Shown here: piece by piece, positions 9,436-18,199 of the stretch
Layout of the letters: each line of letters begins with the position of its first letter
Position numbering within the stretch: the stretch's first letter is position 1
Origin: a virus
DNA: 64,000 nucleotides
Direction: 5' to 3' (one strand)
Virus record (IMG/VR): IMGVR_UViG_3300046501_000460
Span: 1-64,000 of that record
Program-made: the position numbers and the translations under genes
The notes under the pieces: generated by a model
Told to the model about the DNA's origin: nothing
What the model saw: the letters and a program-made list of their open reading frames with translations, nothing else
The model's database searches: none

Positions 9436-10236
9436 TCAACGATTTTTCGCTGCGGCAACAGCTTGGTCGCGCGTTTGCACCTTATCGACCAGGCCGGCGG
9501 TCACTGCCCGCTTGCCCATAAAGGTCTTGCCCTGCCCCATCCGCGCGCTGACCTCGTCGGTGGTGACGCCGCGCACCCTTGCGACGTGGGCTTCGAACAT
9601 GGCGTTCACGTCATTCACCTGGGACTGCATCTCGGCCTTGGCGGCGTCGGACAGCGGCTCGTACGGATTGCCCTGCATCTTGAATTCGCCGGAGCGGATG
9701 ACGGTCTTGTCGACGCCCTTCTCGGCAAGCTGTCGGTGGATCGAGGTGTGGATCATCACGGCGCCGATCGAGCCGGCAATGGCCATCGGGTCGATCGAGA
9801 TGCCGTCCGCCGCGCTGGCGGCCCAGTACGCGGCGCTCGCGCCGGTCGTGCTGATGTGGGAGTGCACGGGCTTGATCTTCTTGATCTGGCTGATGTACTC
9901 AGCCAGCGGCGGTGCGCCGGCGGCGGCGCCACCGCCCGAGCCGACGTCTAGGAGGATCGAATTGACGTCCGGATCGAGCGCCGCCTCGGTCAGCGCCGAG
10001 GTGATGTCGTCGTAGCCGGTACAGCCGAAGAAGGCCATCCAGCCAGCCTGGCCCATGATGAGCGAGCCCTCGATCGGCACGACTGCAAGGTTGCCCTGCT
10101 TCTGCCACATCTTGGGCATGTCGGGTTGCGTGGCCTCGCCAGCGAGCACGCGCCTGGCCATGTCCTGCGCGCTGGCCTGCGCGCGCACCACGACTTCATA
10201 GCTCTCCTCGGAGCCGGCCCAGAGGATGTGCGTCAT
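9436..10236 (-). CDS. Head maturation protease, S49 (SppA-like)
   Basis: LDVGSGGG, ASAAYWAASAAD, GSIGAV and SGEFK motifs of peptidase S49. Confidence 0.92.
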   Translation of the reverse strand: MTHILWAGSEESYEVVVRAQASAQDMARRVLAGEATQPDMPKMWQKQGNLAVVPIEGSLIMGQAGWMAFFGCTGYDDITSALTEAALDPDVNSILLDVGSGGGAAAGAPPLAEYISQIKKIKPVHSHISTTGASAAYWAASAADGISIDPMAIAGSIGAVMIHTSIHRQLAEKGVDKTVIRSGEFKMQGNPYEPLSDAAKAEMQSQVNDVNAMFEAHVARVRGVTTDEVSARMGQGKTFMGKRAVTAGLVDKVQTRDQAVAAAKNR

Positions 10237-11813
10237 TTCTGCGGTCCTTTCGGTTTGCTGGGCGCATCGGACTTCTGGCCTTGCTGGCCAGCGCCCTGCT
10301 TGTTGCCCATCGGATTTTCGTTGCCCTTCGACGTGCCGTCGCCCTGCTGGCCCGCCATGCCGCCGGCCTGTGCCGCGGCGCCACCGCCAGCGAAGAAGCC
10401 GGTGCCCGACAGCGGCGTGAAGCCGGTCGGCGTCATCTCGCCGGTCAGCTCCAGCGCGGCCTCGTCGTCGGTGAGGAACCCAAGGCTGAGCTGCTCGAGC
10501 ACGCGCGCCTGCTTCATGGCCTTGAACGACTCAAGCTCGAGCGTCGGGCGCAGGTTGATGTCGTCGAACAGGAACTCGACGGTCACGTCCATGCCGAACA
10601 GGCGCACGGCCAGCGTCATCGCCTTGGAGATCAGCTCCTGCAGCTTCAGGCGCACCATGCCGTTGGCGCTGAGCATGAAGATCATGGTCTCGGTGCTGGC
10701 CACGTTCTGCGAGCCCGAACCATGGCCGAGGACCGACGGCAGCACCTTGGCGCCGGTCGAAACCTTCTCGTCGTAGATCGACTTGACGGTCTCGAATTCG
10801 CCCGCGTTCGCGCCGTTCATCTCCACCGTCTTGACGGTGAAAAAGTCGAAGTGCACGATCGCATCTTCCGGGTTCATCGTGTTGATGACCGAGTTGATCG
10901 ACGCGATCGTGTCGTTCATGTACTGCTTTGCCTTCTCCGTGTCGTTCAGGACTTCCGGCGGCAAGCGGTCGCGCAGCTTCTCCTCGTCGATCTCGACGTC
11001 GTAGCGCGGAAATACCGCGCGCTTACAGATCCGGCGCATGTCGTTGGCGAAGTCGGCGGCTGCCAGCACGGGCTGCACGGCCGCTTCCAGCGGGCTGATC
11101 GCGTACGCGGTCAGCAGATCCTGGTCGAGCGCGGTGTAGAAGAAGGTCGGGATGTCGAGGTCGATGTACTCGCCGCCGATCAGCTGCTGCGGCTTGATCG
11201 CCTGGGTGTTCTTGTCCTCGACGAACACCAGCTGCGAGACGGGCACGGGCTGGAGTTTGTAGGGCAGGCGGGTCTTGTCCAGCACCAGTTCCAGCGCGGC
11301 GCCGCCCTCGATGATGATTTCCTTGCCCAGGGCTTCGCACACCGAGCGCAGGCTGGACACCTGCGAGAAGCCCGACGCGAAGTCCGGCATGAAATCGAAC
11401 TGGCGCAGGATGCTGTTGGCGAGCGCAGTGGCTTCGCGGTTGAAGCTGCCGTCCATGTTGCGGGCCCTGACGGTCCACTTTTCCGGAATGCCCACGCGCA
11501 GGAAGGAGCTGACCGCGGTTGACAGGTCTGGTGTCAGGCGCGCCAGCGTGCGGATCGCGCCGGGCGTGTTCGCCGCCTGGCGCGCGGCATTCGCGATGTC
11601 CGTCGTCATCGCGCCGCTGTCCTTCTTGGTCAGCGGCGAGCTGACGTACGTCGTGTTGGGCACATAGCCCGGCTGCGTGACCTGCTTGTTCGGCGTCTTC
11701 GGCGTCTGTACCAGCGGCATTGCCGGCTGGCCGGTGACGGGCGTCAGCGTGCCGCCGCCCTTGGGCGCGGTGCCGGTCAGCTTGGCAAAGAGTTGTCGGG
11801 CGGCATTAAGCAT
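10233..11813 (-). CDS. Portal protein
   Basis: About 526 aa between terminase and protease. The likely start ATG 11813 (MLNAARQL) lies 7 nt after the -10 of the late promoter. Confidence 0.75.
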   Translation of the reverse strand: MLNAARQLFAKLTGTAPKGGGTLTPVTGQPAMPLVQTPKTPNKQVTQPGYVPNTTYVSSPLTKKDSGAMTTDIANAARQAANTPGAIRTLARLTPDLSTAVSSFLRVGIPEKWTVRARNMDGSFNREATALANSILRQFDFMPDFASGFSQVSSLRSVCEALGKEIIIEGGAALELVLDKTRLPYKLQPVPVSQLVFVEDKNTQAIKPQQLIGGEYIDLDIPTFFYTALDQDLLTAYAISPLEAAVQPVLAAADFANDMRRICKRAVFPRYDVEIDEEKLRDRLPPEVLNDTEKAKQYMNDTIASINSVINTMNPEDAIVHFDFFTVKTVEMNGANAGEFETVKSIYDEKVSTGAKVLPSVLGHGSGSQNVASTETMIFMLSANGMVRLKLQELISKAMTLAVRLFGMDVTVEFLFDDINLRPTLELESFKAMKQARVLEQLSLGFLTDDEAALELTGEMTPTGFTPLSGTGFFAGGGAAAQAGGMAGQQGDGTSKGNENPMGNKQGAGQQGQKSDAPSKPKGPQK

Positions 11814-11819
11814 GCCGCG

Positions 11820-11838
11820 AGTATGGCACGGAAATTGC
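11820..11838 (-). promoter_or_regulatory. Putative late promoter for the portal gene
   Basis: GCAATTTCCGTGCCATACT on the minus strand. Confidence 0.65.
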
Positions 11839-11862
11839 CTCACGACAATCAGGAAATTGCGC

Positions 11863-11890
11863 CAAAGAAAAAGCCTGCTTTCGCAGGCTT
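11863..11890 (-). terminator. Rho-independent terminator after the terminase cluster
   Basis: AAGCCTGC-GAAA-GCAGGCTT followed by a T-rich run on the minus strand. Confidence 0.75.
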
Positions 11891-12013
11891 CGTCTCGGCC
11901 GGGAACCCCCAACCCTTACTACCGGACGTTGGCACCCGGTGGCAGCTTGTGGGACGCGGCCGCAGCCACAGGCCGACGCCTGCCTCTGACGCCCACGCGC
12001 TGGCCGCAGCTTA

Positions 12014-12313
12014 TCAGAGTTCCAGTCCGGAAAGCAAGCCGTCGACCTGCTCCCTGAGCGCGCGGACACGCTTGGTCTGCCTGTGGATCGCATCGGCCAG
12101 ATCCACCTGGCCGCCGGCAGTCTTCCCACCGACGCCGCCAGACGTGGGCGTTGGCTGGGTGACGGGCACGAGGCGCTGTGCCAGCTGCGCGACGCCCTCT
12201 ATCAGGTACGACAAGGTCTGGTCGAGGTCTTGCAGGGCAGCGGGGATTTGCGGCGTGCGCGGCTGGCTGGCGATTCCGACACATTTTTCCATATCGATGG
12301 GGCGGTGGTTCAT
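12014..12313 (-). CDS. Hypothetical protein
   Basis: 99 aa with an AGGAG RBS; coiled-coil character. Confidence 0.6.
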   Translation of the reverse strand: MNHRPIDMEKCVGIASQPRTPQIPAALQDLDQTLSYLIEGVAQLAQRLVPVTQPTPTSGGVGGKTAGGQVDLADAIHRQTKRVRALREQVDGLLSGLEL

Positions 12314-12364
12314 GGTGACTCCTGTAGGGTGGGAGCCGCCATGATAGCAAACAATTTCCAGATG

Positions 12365-14059
12365 TCAATGCTTGACCTTGAACGTCGAGAATAGCGGCAC
12401 GCCGATGAATGGGATGTCGCGCGACGCGGTCTCCATCAGCTGCGCCGCTACGTGCAGGTAGCCCAGCGAGTGCATGAAGTGGTCGTTGCCGTCCTTCGAC
12501 TTCTGCCAGGTGTAGACGATCTCCTGGTGCTTGTCGAATTCCTGCACCCGCTTCATGTCCAGCATGTGCAGCGACCAGAGCCGGTCGGTATGGTCGTGCA
12601 TCGGCTCCCACAGCAGCTGGCGCGACTTGTACAGGGCCATCACCTCGTCGAAGTTGACGTCGCGCATGATCTGCGCCTGGTTGATCGGCAGCTTGCCCTC
12701 GGCCTTGTTCTCGTCGACCATGACCAGCTTGAAGGTGGCCAGCAGCCGGCTTTGCGCGTAGACGCCGCCGTACAGGTTCTTGTCCTGGCGCTGCATCTGG
12801 TGCACGAGGTTCGTCTCGGGGAAGGCGTCGACCACGGTGATGAGCACGCGCCACAGCACCGCAAGTTGGCGCTTCCTCTCGGCCAGCTTGGCAAGTGGGC
12901 ACTGCTCCCGGTAGGTCACCAGCAGCTTGCCGTCGAGCGTGCGCCGGCCGACCGTGATGTGGCAGGTCTGGCCCACGTCGATGCCCATGGCGTGCAGCTC
13001 GCTCGAGCGCAGCGGGAACGGCGATCTGCACTCCTCGATGTCGTTCTCGGACAGCTGCGCATTGCCGGCGTCCGCGGTCTCGCCCAGCGCCTGGTTGACG
13101 AATTCGGCCCACGTCTTGTACTTCGTGATCTCCAGGATCAGCGACGGGATCGTGACGACGTTGGGCACTTCGAACGGCGTGACGTAATAGCCGATCGCCT
13201 CGTAGCTGTCGTCCGGGTTCTCGCAGATCCATTTCCGGTACGGCGGCGACAGGTCCGGCTCGCCGTCGCACTGCGGGCAGTGCAGGCGCGCCTCGCGCCA
13301 GCGCAGCGTGTCGATGTTGTGCTTGTTGATGTCCTTGAATTCCCCGGCGTAGTCGGGGATCTTGACGTCCTTGTGGAAGTTCGGCACGAACAGATGGCCG
13401 CAGTGCACGCATGTGCACGCGCGGCGCATGCGCCGGGCCGCTTTCATCTCCAGCGCGATGCCGCGGCCTTCAGTCGTTGGCGTGCCGAAGCGCCGCGTCA
13501 GCTTCCATTTGCTGTGCTTGATGCGGGACTGGAACTGGGCCAGCGTGTCCGGATCCGAGCGGTCGACCTCGTCGTGGATCAGCATGTCGGCCGGCACCGA
13601 CAGCGCGGTCGTCGAGCCCGAGCAGCCGCGCATGTACAGCAGGCTGGTGCCGATCGACTTGATGCTGGCGTTGTCCAGGTCCTTGTCGACCGATTCACGC
13701 AAGTCGGGCGACTCGTCGATGATGGGGTCCAGACGCGTCTTCGTGAAATTGGTCGCGTCGTTCGCGAACGGCAGCGTCAGGATGACCGAGAAGTATGGCA
13801 TCACGCGGCTCACCGCCAGCGCGTAGCGCGCCATACACTCCGACAGGCCGACCTGTGCGCACTTCTGCACGTACAGCGTCCTGCTGGTGTCGGACAGGAT
13901 GTCCTTCTGGAACTCGTGGTCGTAGAACGAGAAGCGGTCGCCCTTGAGGTAGGTCTTCTCCTCCAGGTAGCGCACGACATCGCCCAGGTCGTAGCTGTTG
14001 AAAAGCGCCTGCTCAAGCCGCTTGAGGTGCTCGACCAGCGCGGGATCGGAATGGCTCAT
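12365..14059 (-). CDS. terL: Terminase large subunit (lambda gpA-like)
   Basis: KCAQVGLSE Walker A-like motif, LIHDEVD Walker B, GTPT, CxxC pairs, MGIDVG nuclease aspartate and C-terminal NDHFMH. Confidence 0.92.
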   Translation of the reverse strand: MSHSDPALVEHLKRLEQALFNSYDLGDVVRYLEEKTYLKGDRFSFYDHEFQKDILSDTSRTLYVQKCAQVGLSECMARYALAVSRVMPYFSVILTLPFANDATNFTKTRLDPIIDESPDLRESVDKDLDNASIKSIGTSLLYMRGCSGSTTALSVPADMLIHDEVDRSDPDTLAQFQSRIKHSKWKLTRRFGTPTTEGRGIALEMKAARRMRRACTCVHCGHLFVPNFHKDVKIPDYAGEFKDINKHNIDTLRWREARLHCPQCDGEPDLSPPYRKWICENPDDSYEAIGYYVTPFEVPNVVTIPSLILEITKYKTWAEFVNQALGETADAGNAQLSENDIEECRSPFPLRSSELHAMGIDVGQTCHITVGRRTLDGKLLVTYREQCPLAKLAERKRQLAVLWRVLITVVDAFPETNLVHQMQRQDKNLYGGVYAQSRLLATFKLVMVDENKAEGKLPINQAQIMRDVNFDEVMALYKSRQLLWEPMHDHTDRLWSLHMLDMKRVQEFDKHQEIVYTWQKSKDGNDHFMHSLGYLHVAAQLMETASRDIPFIGVPLFSTFKVKH

Positions 14060-14138
14060 TGCAGGAATCCGGCGATAGGGCCACTGAAAATGATGGCCAG
14101 ATTGAACAGGATGAAGATCGTCCAGAATTTCTTGTGGC

Positions 14139-14393
14139 TCATGAGCCTGCTCCCCAGCTCAGCAGGTGGCGCTGCTCGTCAGGGATGCGCACGCCGACAG
14201 CACCGGTGATCACCTTTTCGACCCATCGATCGTTCTCGACGAGTGGCACGCCGTTACCGTCAGTGAGATAGATGCACGCCTCGCCGCGCTCCAGATCGAC
14301 CCAGACGCACGTGCCTCGCATTAGCGGCACGCCATCGATCAGCACGTCGGTGATGTGCACGGCGGCCGGGTGCTTGTTGGCTTCAATCCTCAT
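14139..14393 (-). CDS. Hypothetical protein
   Basis: 84 aa, overlapping its neighbouring genes. Confidence 0.55.
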   Translation of the reverse strand: MRIEANKHPAAVHITDVLIDGVPLMRGTCVWVDLERGEACIYLTDGNGVPLVENDRWVEKVITGAVGVRIPDEQRHLLSWGAGS

Positions 14394-14817
14394 TCCGGGC
14401 CTCCTCGGCTTTTTCTTCCTTCAGGAACTCGCCGTACATGTCGAAAAACTTGCGTTTCGACTCCAGCGGCAGGTCCTCCAGCACCTTGATGAAGGCCGAC
14501 TCGAAGCGCTTCAGGCGCTCCGCGCTGTAGACGATCTTCTGCTGCTTGACGATCTTCTCCAGCATGCCAGAGACCGAGTTGAACACCTGGGCGCGCTGGT
14601 TCGCCGGCGTGCCGTTGTCGTCCTGCACCGATGCCAGCAGGATCGTGCCGGCGCGGTATTGCAAGCCCAGCTCATCCGCAAGGTTGAGCTTGGTCAGGTC
14701 GAGGTTCAGCTTCTTGTCCAGCCGCATGCGCAGCGCCAGCATCTGGGAATCGTCCAAGCCTTCCAGCGGATCGACCTTGTCGGTTTGGCCCTTGAGCGAG
14801 TAATCCTTGAGCGACAT
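14383..14817 (-). CDS. Putative terminase small subunit
   Basis: 144 aa helical protein upstream of terL; call rests on synteny only. Confidence 0.55.
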   Translation of the reverse strand: MSLKDYSLKGQTDKVDPLEGLDDSQMLALRMRLDKKLNLDLTKLNLADELGLQYRAGTILLASVQDDNGTPANQRAQVFNSVSGMLEKIVKQQKIVYSAERLKRFESAFIKVLEDLPLESKRKFFDMYGEFLKEEKAEEARNED

Positions 14818-14819
14818 GG

Positions 14820-14975
14820 TCAGTTCCCGAAAATGAGGGCCATGAGGGCGTCGTGTACCTGCAGTAGGCCGTAGACGACGTTGGCCAGCAGCCAGGCGAG
14901 GACCATGACAGCGATCGTGGCGCCGGCGATGAGCAGCATCGCGCCGCTGTTCTTGGGAGTGCGCGGCGTGCTCAT
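14820..14975 (-). CDS. Small membrane protein
   Basis: MSTPRTPKNSGAMLLIAGATIAVMVLAWLLANVVYGLL..., with a hydrophobic segment; start coupled to the upstream stop. Confidence 0.5.
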   Translation of the reverse strand: MSTPRTPKNSGAMLLIAGATIAVMVLAWLLANVVYGLLQVHDALMALIFGN

Positions 14976-15259
14976 GCTTTGCTCCGGATCCGGTAGATGG
15001 TGCGCTCGCTGCAGCCGGCGGCCGCGGCGGCTTCCTTGACGCTCAGGGTCGTGGCGACGCGGCGCCGGTGCTCGGCGCGGGCGGCGTTCAGTTCCTTGGT
15101 GCTGGGCTTGGCCGGGATCGCTTCACGGGCGATGCCCATGCGCTTGAGGACGCGGCAGATGTACGACTCGTGGGTGTCCAGCAGCTGCGCGAGTTCACGG
15201 TTGGTGATCTCGCGGCGGACGATGCGGTCGATGTAGGGTTTGAGGTCGTCGCTTAACAT
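14972..15259 (-). CDS. Double helix-turn-helix DNA-binding protein
   Basis: TNRELAQLLDTHESYICRVL and SVKEAAAAAGCSERTIYRI HTH-like motifs. Confidence 0.75.
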   Translation of the reverse strand: MLSDDLKPYIDRIVRREITNRELAQLLDTHESYICRVLKRMGIAREAIPAKPSTKELNAARAEHRRRVATTLSVKEAAAAAGCSERTIYRIRSKA

Positions 15260-15299
15260 GGCAAAAAGTATGCCATGAAGCATTCTTTTTGCCTAGCAA

Positions 15300-15460
15300 C
15301 TTCTGTTCCAGCGTCAATTTCGGCGGAAATTTGCCGAAAATTGCAAAAATTTCTGAAAAATTAGTGAAAAATTGCAAAAAGTTTAAAAAATTGAGGGAAA
15401 TTTTTGGGGACCCAGGAGCGCGCGGCCACCTGCCGCCCCGCCGAAAACTACCCCCGTCAG
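15300..15460. other. Putative packaging/terminus (cos-like) region with phased A-tracts
   Basis: Non-coding strand-switch point upstream of the terminase genes; A/T tracts about every 10 bp, followed by a GC-rich block. Confidence 0.5.
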
Positions 15461-15596
15461 AATCGCTCAGATCGCGCCATACGGCACGACACAATCCGCG
15501 TGCGCCAGCGTACACAGAAATAACAAGCGCAACCTGCGCCATTCTGGCGCGTCCTAGGGCCATTGCATAAAAGCAACAGTGTCGATGCCGACGTCC

Positions 15597-15709
15597 AGGT
15601 CCAACCGCATTTAACACTTTGGTCCAACCAATTACGCTGTCTGGTCTGGCCAAAGTGGTCTGACCAATTGTGCGGTCTGGTCAGACCAGGTTGCCCACCT
15701 GCCAGACCA
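15597..15709. repeat. Array of about 6 TGGTCn(G/A)ACCA palindromic boxes
   Basis: Copies at 15597-15607, 15620-15630, 15642-15652, 15656-15666, 15678-15688 and 15699-15709 (degenerate). Confidence 0.8.
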
Positions 15710-15857
15710 ATAGATTTTAACTATACAGGTAATTAAAAAATACAATGAGCTCTAGGATCACAGTTTTGATATGATTCTTACGTCGTCTGGCAAACGACAC
15801 GGCGCCGCAGTCATGGCGCATCACTCTCAACCGTTACACACACGTATAGGACACACC

Positions 15858-16634
15858 ATGAAAACCGCACAATCCCGCACCGTCGCCATGTCCGACATGT
15901 TCCGCGCTCTGGCCGGCTGCCCGGAAGCGCAATTCGATATGATCGCTTGCACGGTCTACAGCGCTGCCTACTCCATCATGCTGGCGGGCAACAAAACCCA
16001 ATTCAACAAGCTGGAAGCGGACGCGGCCATGTACGGCACTAGCACGGACGCGAGCAAGACGATCCGCGCCCTGTTCGGCATCAAGGCGATGAACGCCGTA
16101 TCGAAGCACTTCCAGCGCACCTACTACGCTGTATCCGAAGCACTGCGCCAGTGCGGCATTCCGGCCGACATGCAAAAGGACTTGCCGCAGGGCAAGGCGA
16201 ACGGTGCCGCGCGTCATGCGATCCTTGATCCGCTGGCGCAAGACTACGCTGACGCTTTCACGGCCGTATTCACGTCCGTGATGATTATGCCGACCAAAAC
16301 CGACGAGGAGCGCACGGCAGCGGCGGCGGATCGTGAGGCGAAGAAAGCCGAGAAAGAAGCCGAGGCGGCGAAGCTGGCCAAAGAAGCCGAACGTGAAGAG
16401 CGCGCGAAAATCGACGCTGAAGTCAAGGCGCGCGTTGACCGTGCCACCGAAGCGACCGAAAAGGCGCTGGAGCTGGCCACCGCGCCCGATACCATGGCGC
16501 GCACCGTCGCCGACATGCTCATGTCCGGCACGCTGTCGGCCGATCTGGAAGCACTCCTGATCGAAGCGGCGCAGGCGCGGGAAACGGCTCTGTTACTGGC
16601 GCGCGCCGCCAGCGCCGAACCCGTCCCAGCCTGA
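15858..16634 (+). CDS. First early gene; hypothetical protein with a charged coiled-coil C-terminus
   Basis: AGGA RBS before ATG 15858; E/K/A-rich helix in the C-terminal half. Confidence 0.8.
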   Translation: MKTAQSRTVAMSDMFRALAGCPEAQFDMIACTVYSAAYSIMLAGNKTQFNKLEADAAMYGTSTDASKTIRALFGIKAMNAVSKHFQRTYYAVSEALRQCGIPADMQKDLPQGKANGAARHAILDPLAQDYADAFTAVFTSVMIMPTKTDEERTAAAADREAKKAEKEAEAAKLAKEAEREERAKIDAEVKARVDRATEATEKALELATAPDTMARTVADMLMSGTLSADLEALLIEAAQARETALLLARAASAEPVPA

Positions 16635-16639
16635 TCCCT

Positions 16640-17340
16640 CGCGTCCCTACAGGGACGCTGTCTAGTGCGGCGCGTGCGCCGTACCAGACAGCGTTACCCT
16701 GCGCACGTCCGTACATAACGATACGGAACCCCGTGCGCGCTCTTTCGGTCTCGAATCGTCGGCCCAGCTGGCCGATGTACCCCGAGATTGATTGGGAACC
16801 GTCCTTTAACAATGTGCGCCCATGTGTTCCGCGAATCGTGAATTCGTTGCGGACTGTTCTTTGACATCGTCCTTTCGGTGGCTCGTTCGGTTTGCTTCGC
16901 CCTATACCGTCCCGCGCAGTCATGGATGCCGTCAGTAGAAAACGCACAGTCGCCGCCAGTTCGGCGACTGGCGCGATTGCAAAGAAAACCCGTACGACGC
17001 GACGTAGTGCGCCGGGATACGGGTAATCGGTTCGCATGCTGGAGATTGCCGGATAGATACCGGCCGCATCAAAGGCATGGCCAGCGAAAACGGCGCTTGC
17101 CGCAACACGGGAATGGTGTGTTGCGGATCTGGGCCAGATAAGCCGGAACCGGATGAGATCGTTGCAATCGCGTAGGCAAACACAAAATCCGGGTTTAGCA
17201 GGCCCGGCCGCGATGAGCGGAATTGCTTTGGCAAGCGATAGCGCCACCGTCCCGGCGCGCAATAGGGACAACGGTAATACCCTGCGCACTGTCCTTGTCG
17301 GTTGATACGGGCAGGCACAGTGCGCAGTCATTACCGAGGA
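16640..17340 (+). ncRNA. Putative large structured non-coding RNA or leader with boxA-like motifs
   Basis: More than 12 adjacent hairpins, a 12-bp long-range stem (16971-16982 / 17162-17173), no credible ORF, and boxA-like motifs at 16738, 16800, 16855 and 16868. Confidence 0.7.
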
Positions 17341-17347
17341 GGACCGC

Positions 17348-17638
17348 ATGAGAAAAGTCTTGACGTTGCCGATTAAGACGGCCCTGTCTGGCACGCTGGC
17401 GCAGTATGCAAAAGCATTGCCTAAACTGCATGAAAACCTGATCCGCGAACCGGTGATCGAGCAGCGCTCGAAGCTGTTCGATCCGGAGATTGCGCCAGTG
17501 GCGCCGCGCCGGAAGATGAAGAAACGCCACGTCGTCGAATCGACCGGGCTGGCCATGCCAGCACGGCGCGGCGGCGAACTGAATCGGCCGGACAAGTCCG
17601 AGCCACGTACAAACCTGACATTCAACTGGGAGAGATAA
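17348..17638 (+). CDS. Hypothetical basic protein
   Basis: Strong GAGGAGG RBS immediately after the last hairpin of the structured region. Confidence 0.65.
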   Translation: MRKVLTLPIKTALSGTLAQYAKALPKLHENLIREPVIEQRSKLFDPEIAPVAPRRKMKKRHVVESTGLAMPARRGGELNRPDKSEPRTNLTFNWER

Positions 17639-17642
17639 CAAA

Positions 17643-17894
17643 ATGAAAACCATCTACGAATCTGCAATCGAAACGTCCGCTGAATATGAGGGCCAGCTGT
17701 GCGACGTAATGCGCGAGTATGGCGCCGATCTGGCCGAACTGACGCGCCGCCTGCACATGCGGCAGGCAGCAATCGCCGGTGAGCAGGACTGGAAAAGCTT
17801 CCCTGACGGAAGCTCGGAAGTCCGGATTACCGAGCTGGACGGCACCAGCCTTGATTACACGGCCTACATTCGCAAGGTCAACCTGGTCTGCTAG
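17643..17894 (+). CDS. Hypothetical protein
   Basis: GGAG RBS, 83 aa. Confidence 0.65.
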   Translation: MKTIYESAIETSAEYEGQLCDVMREYGADLAELTRRLHMRQAAIAGEQDWKSFPDGSSEVRITELDGTSLDYTAYIRKVNLVC

Positions 17895-17950
17895 AGCTTC
17901 AATGTGAGCGCGTCGGCGCTCACGTGGACGTTCTAACAACAAGGAAGACG

Positions 17951-18199
17951 ATGAAAACCAATCTCCGCACGATCCGTATCGGCCATGGCGCCTACAGCGG
18001 CACCAACGCCCTGAAACACGTCACCAGCAAGTCGGCCGCAGTCCGCGAGCTGGTCCAGCGCGGCGCCGCGCCGGCCGAGGCGCGCCACGTCGTAACGCTG
18101 GCGGCCAACAAGCCGAACGGCTATGCCTGCCTCACGATCAATCACGACGTGGTCGAGATCTTCGCCATGAATACCGCCTGGGCATGGGGGCAGGCATGA
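17951..18199 (+). CDS. Hypothetical protein
   Basis: AAGGAAG RBS; high GC at third codon positions. Confidence 0.65.
   Translation: MKTNLRTIRIGHGAYSGTNALKHVTSKSAAVRELVQRGAAPAEARHVVTLAANKPNGYACLTINHDVVEIFAMNTAWAWGQA

Noticed and set aside
16640-17340. tRNA or tmRNA genes
   Set aside because: No cloverleaf with a T-loop GTTCRA and no tag reading frame recognised.
16519-17772. 417-aa minus-strand ORF and other short ORFs over the structured region
   Set aside because: No codon bias, RBS or motifs, and it overlaps credible plus-strand genes; non-coding structure explains the region better.
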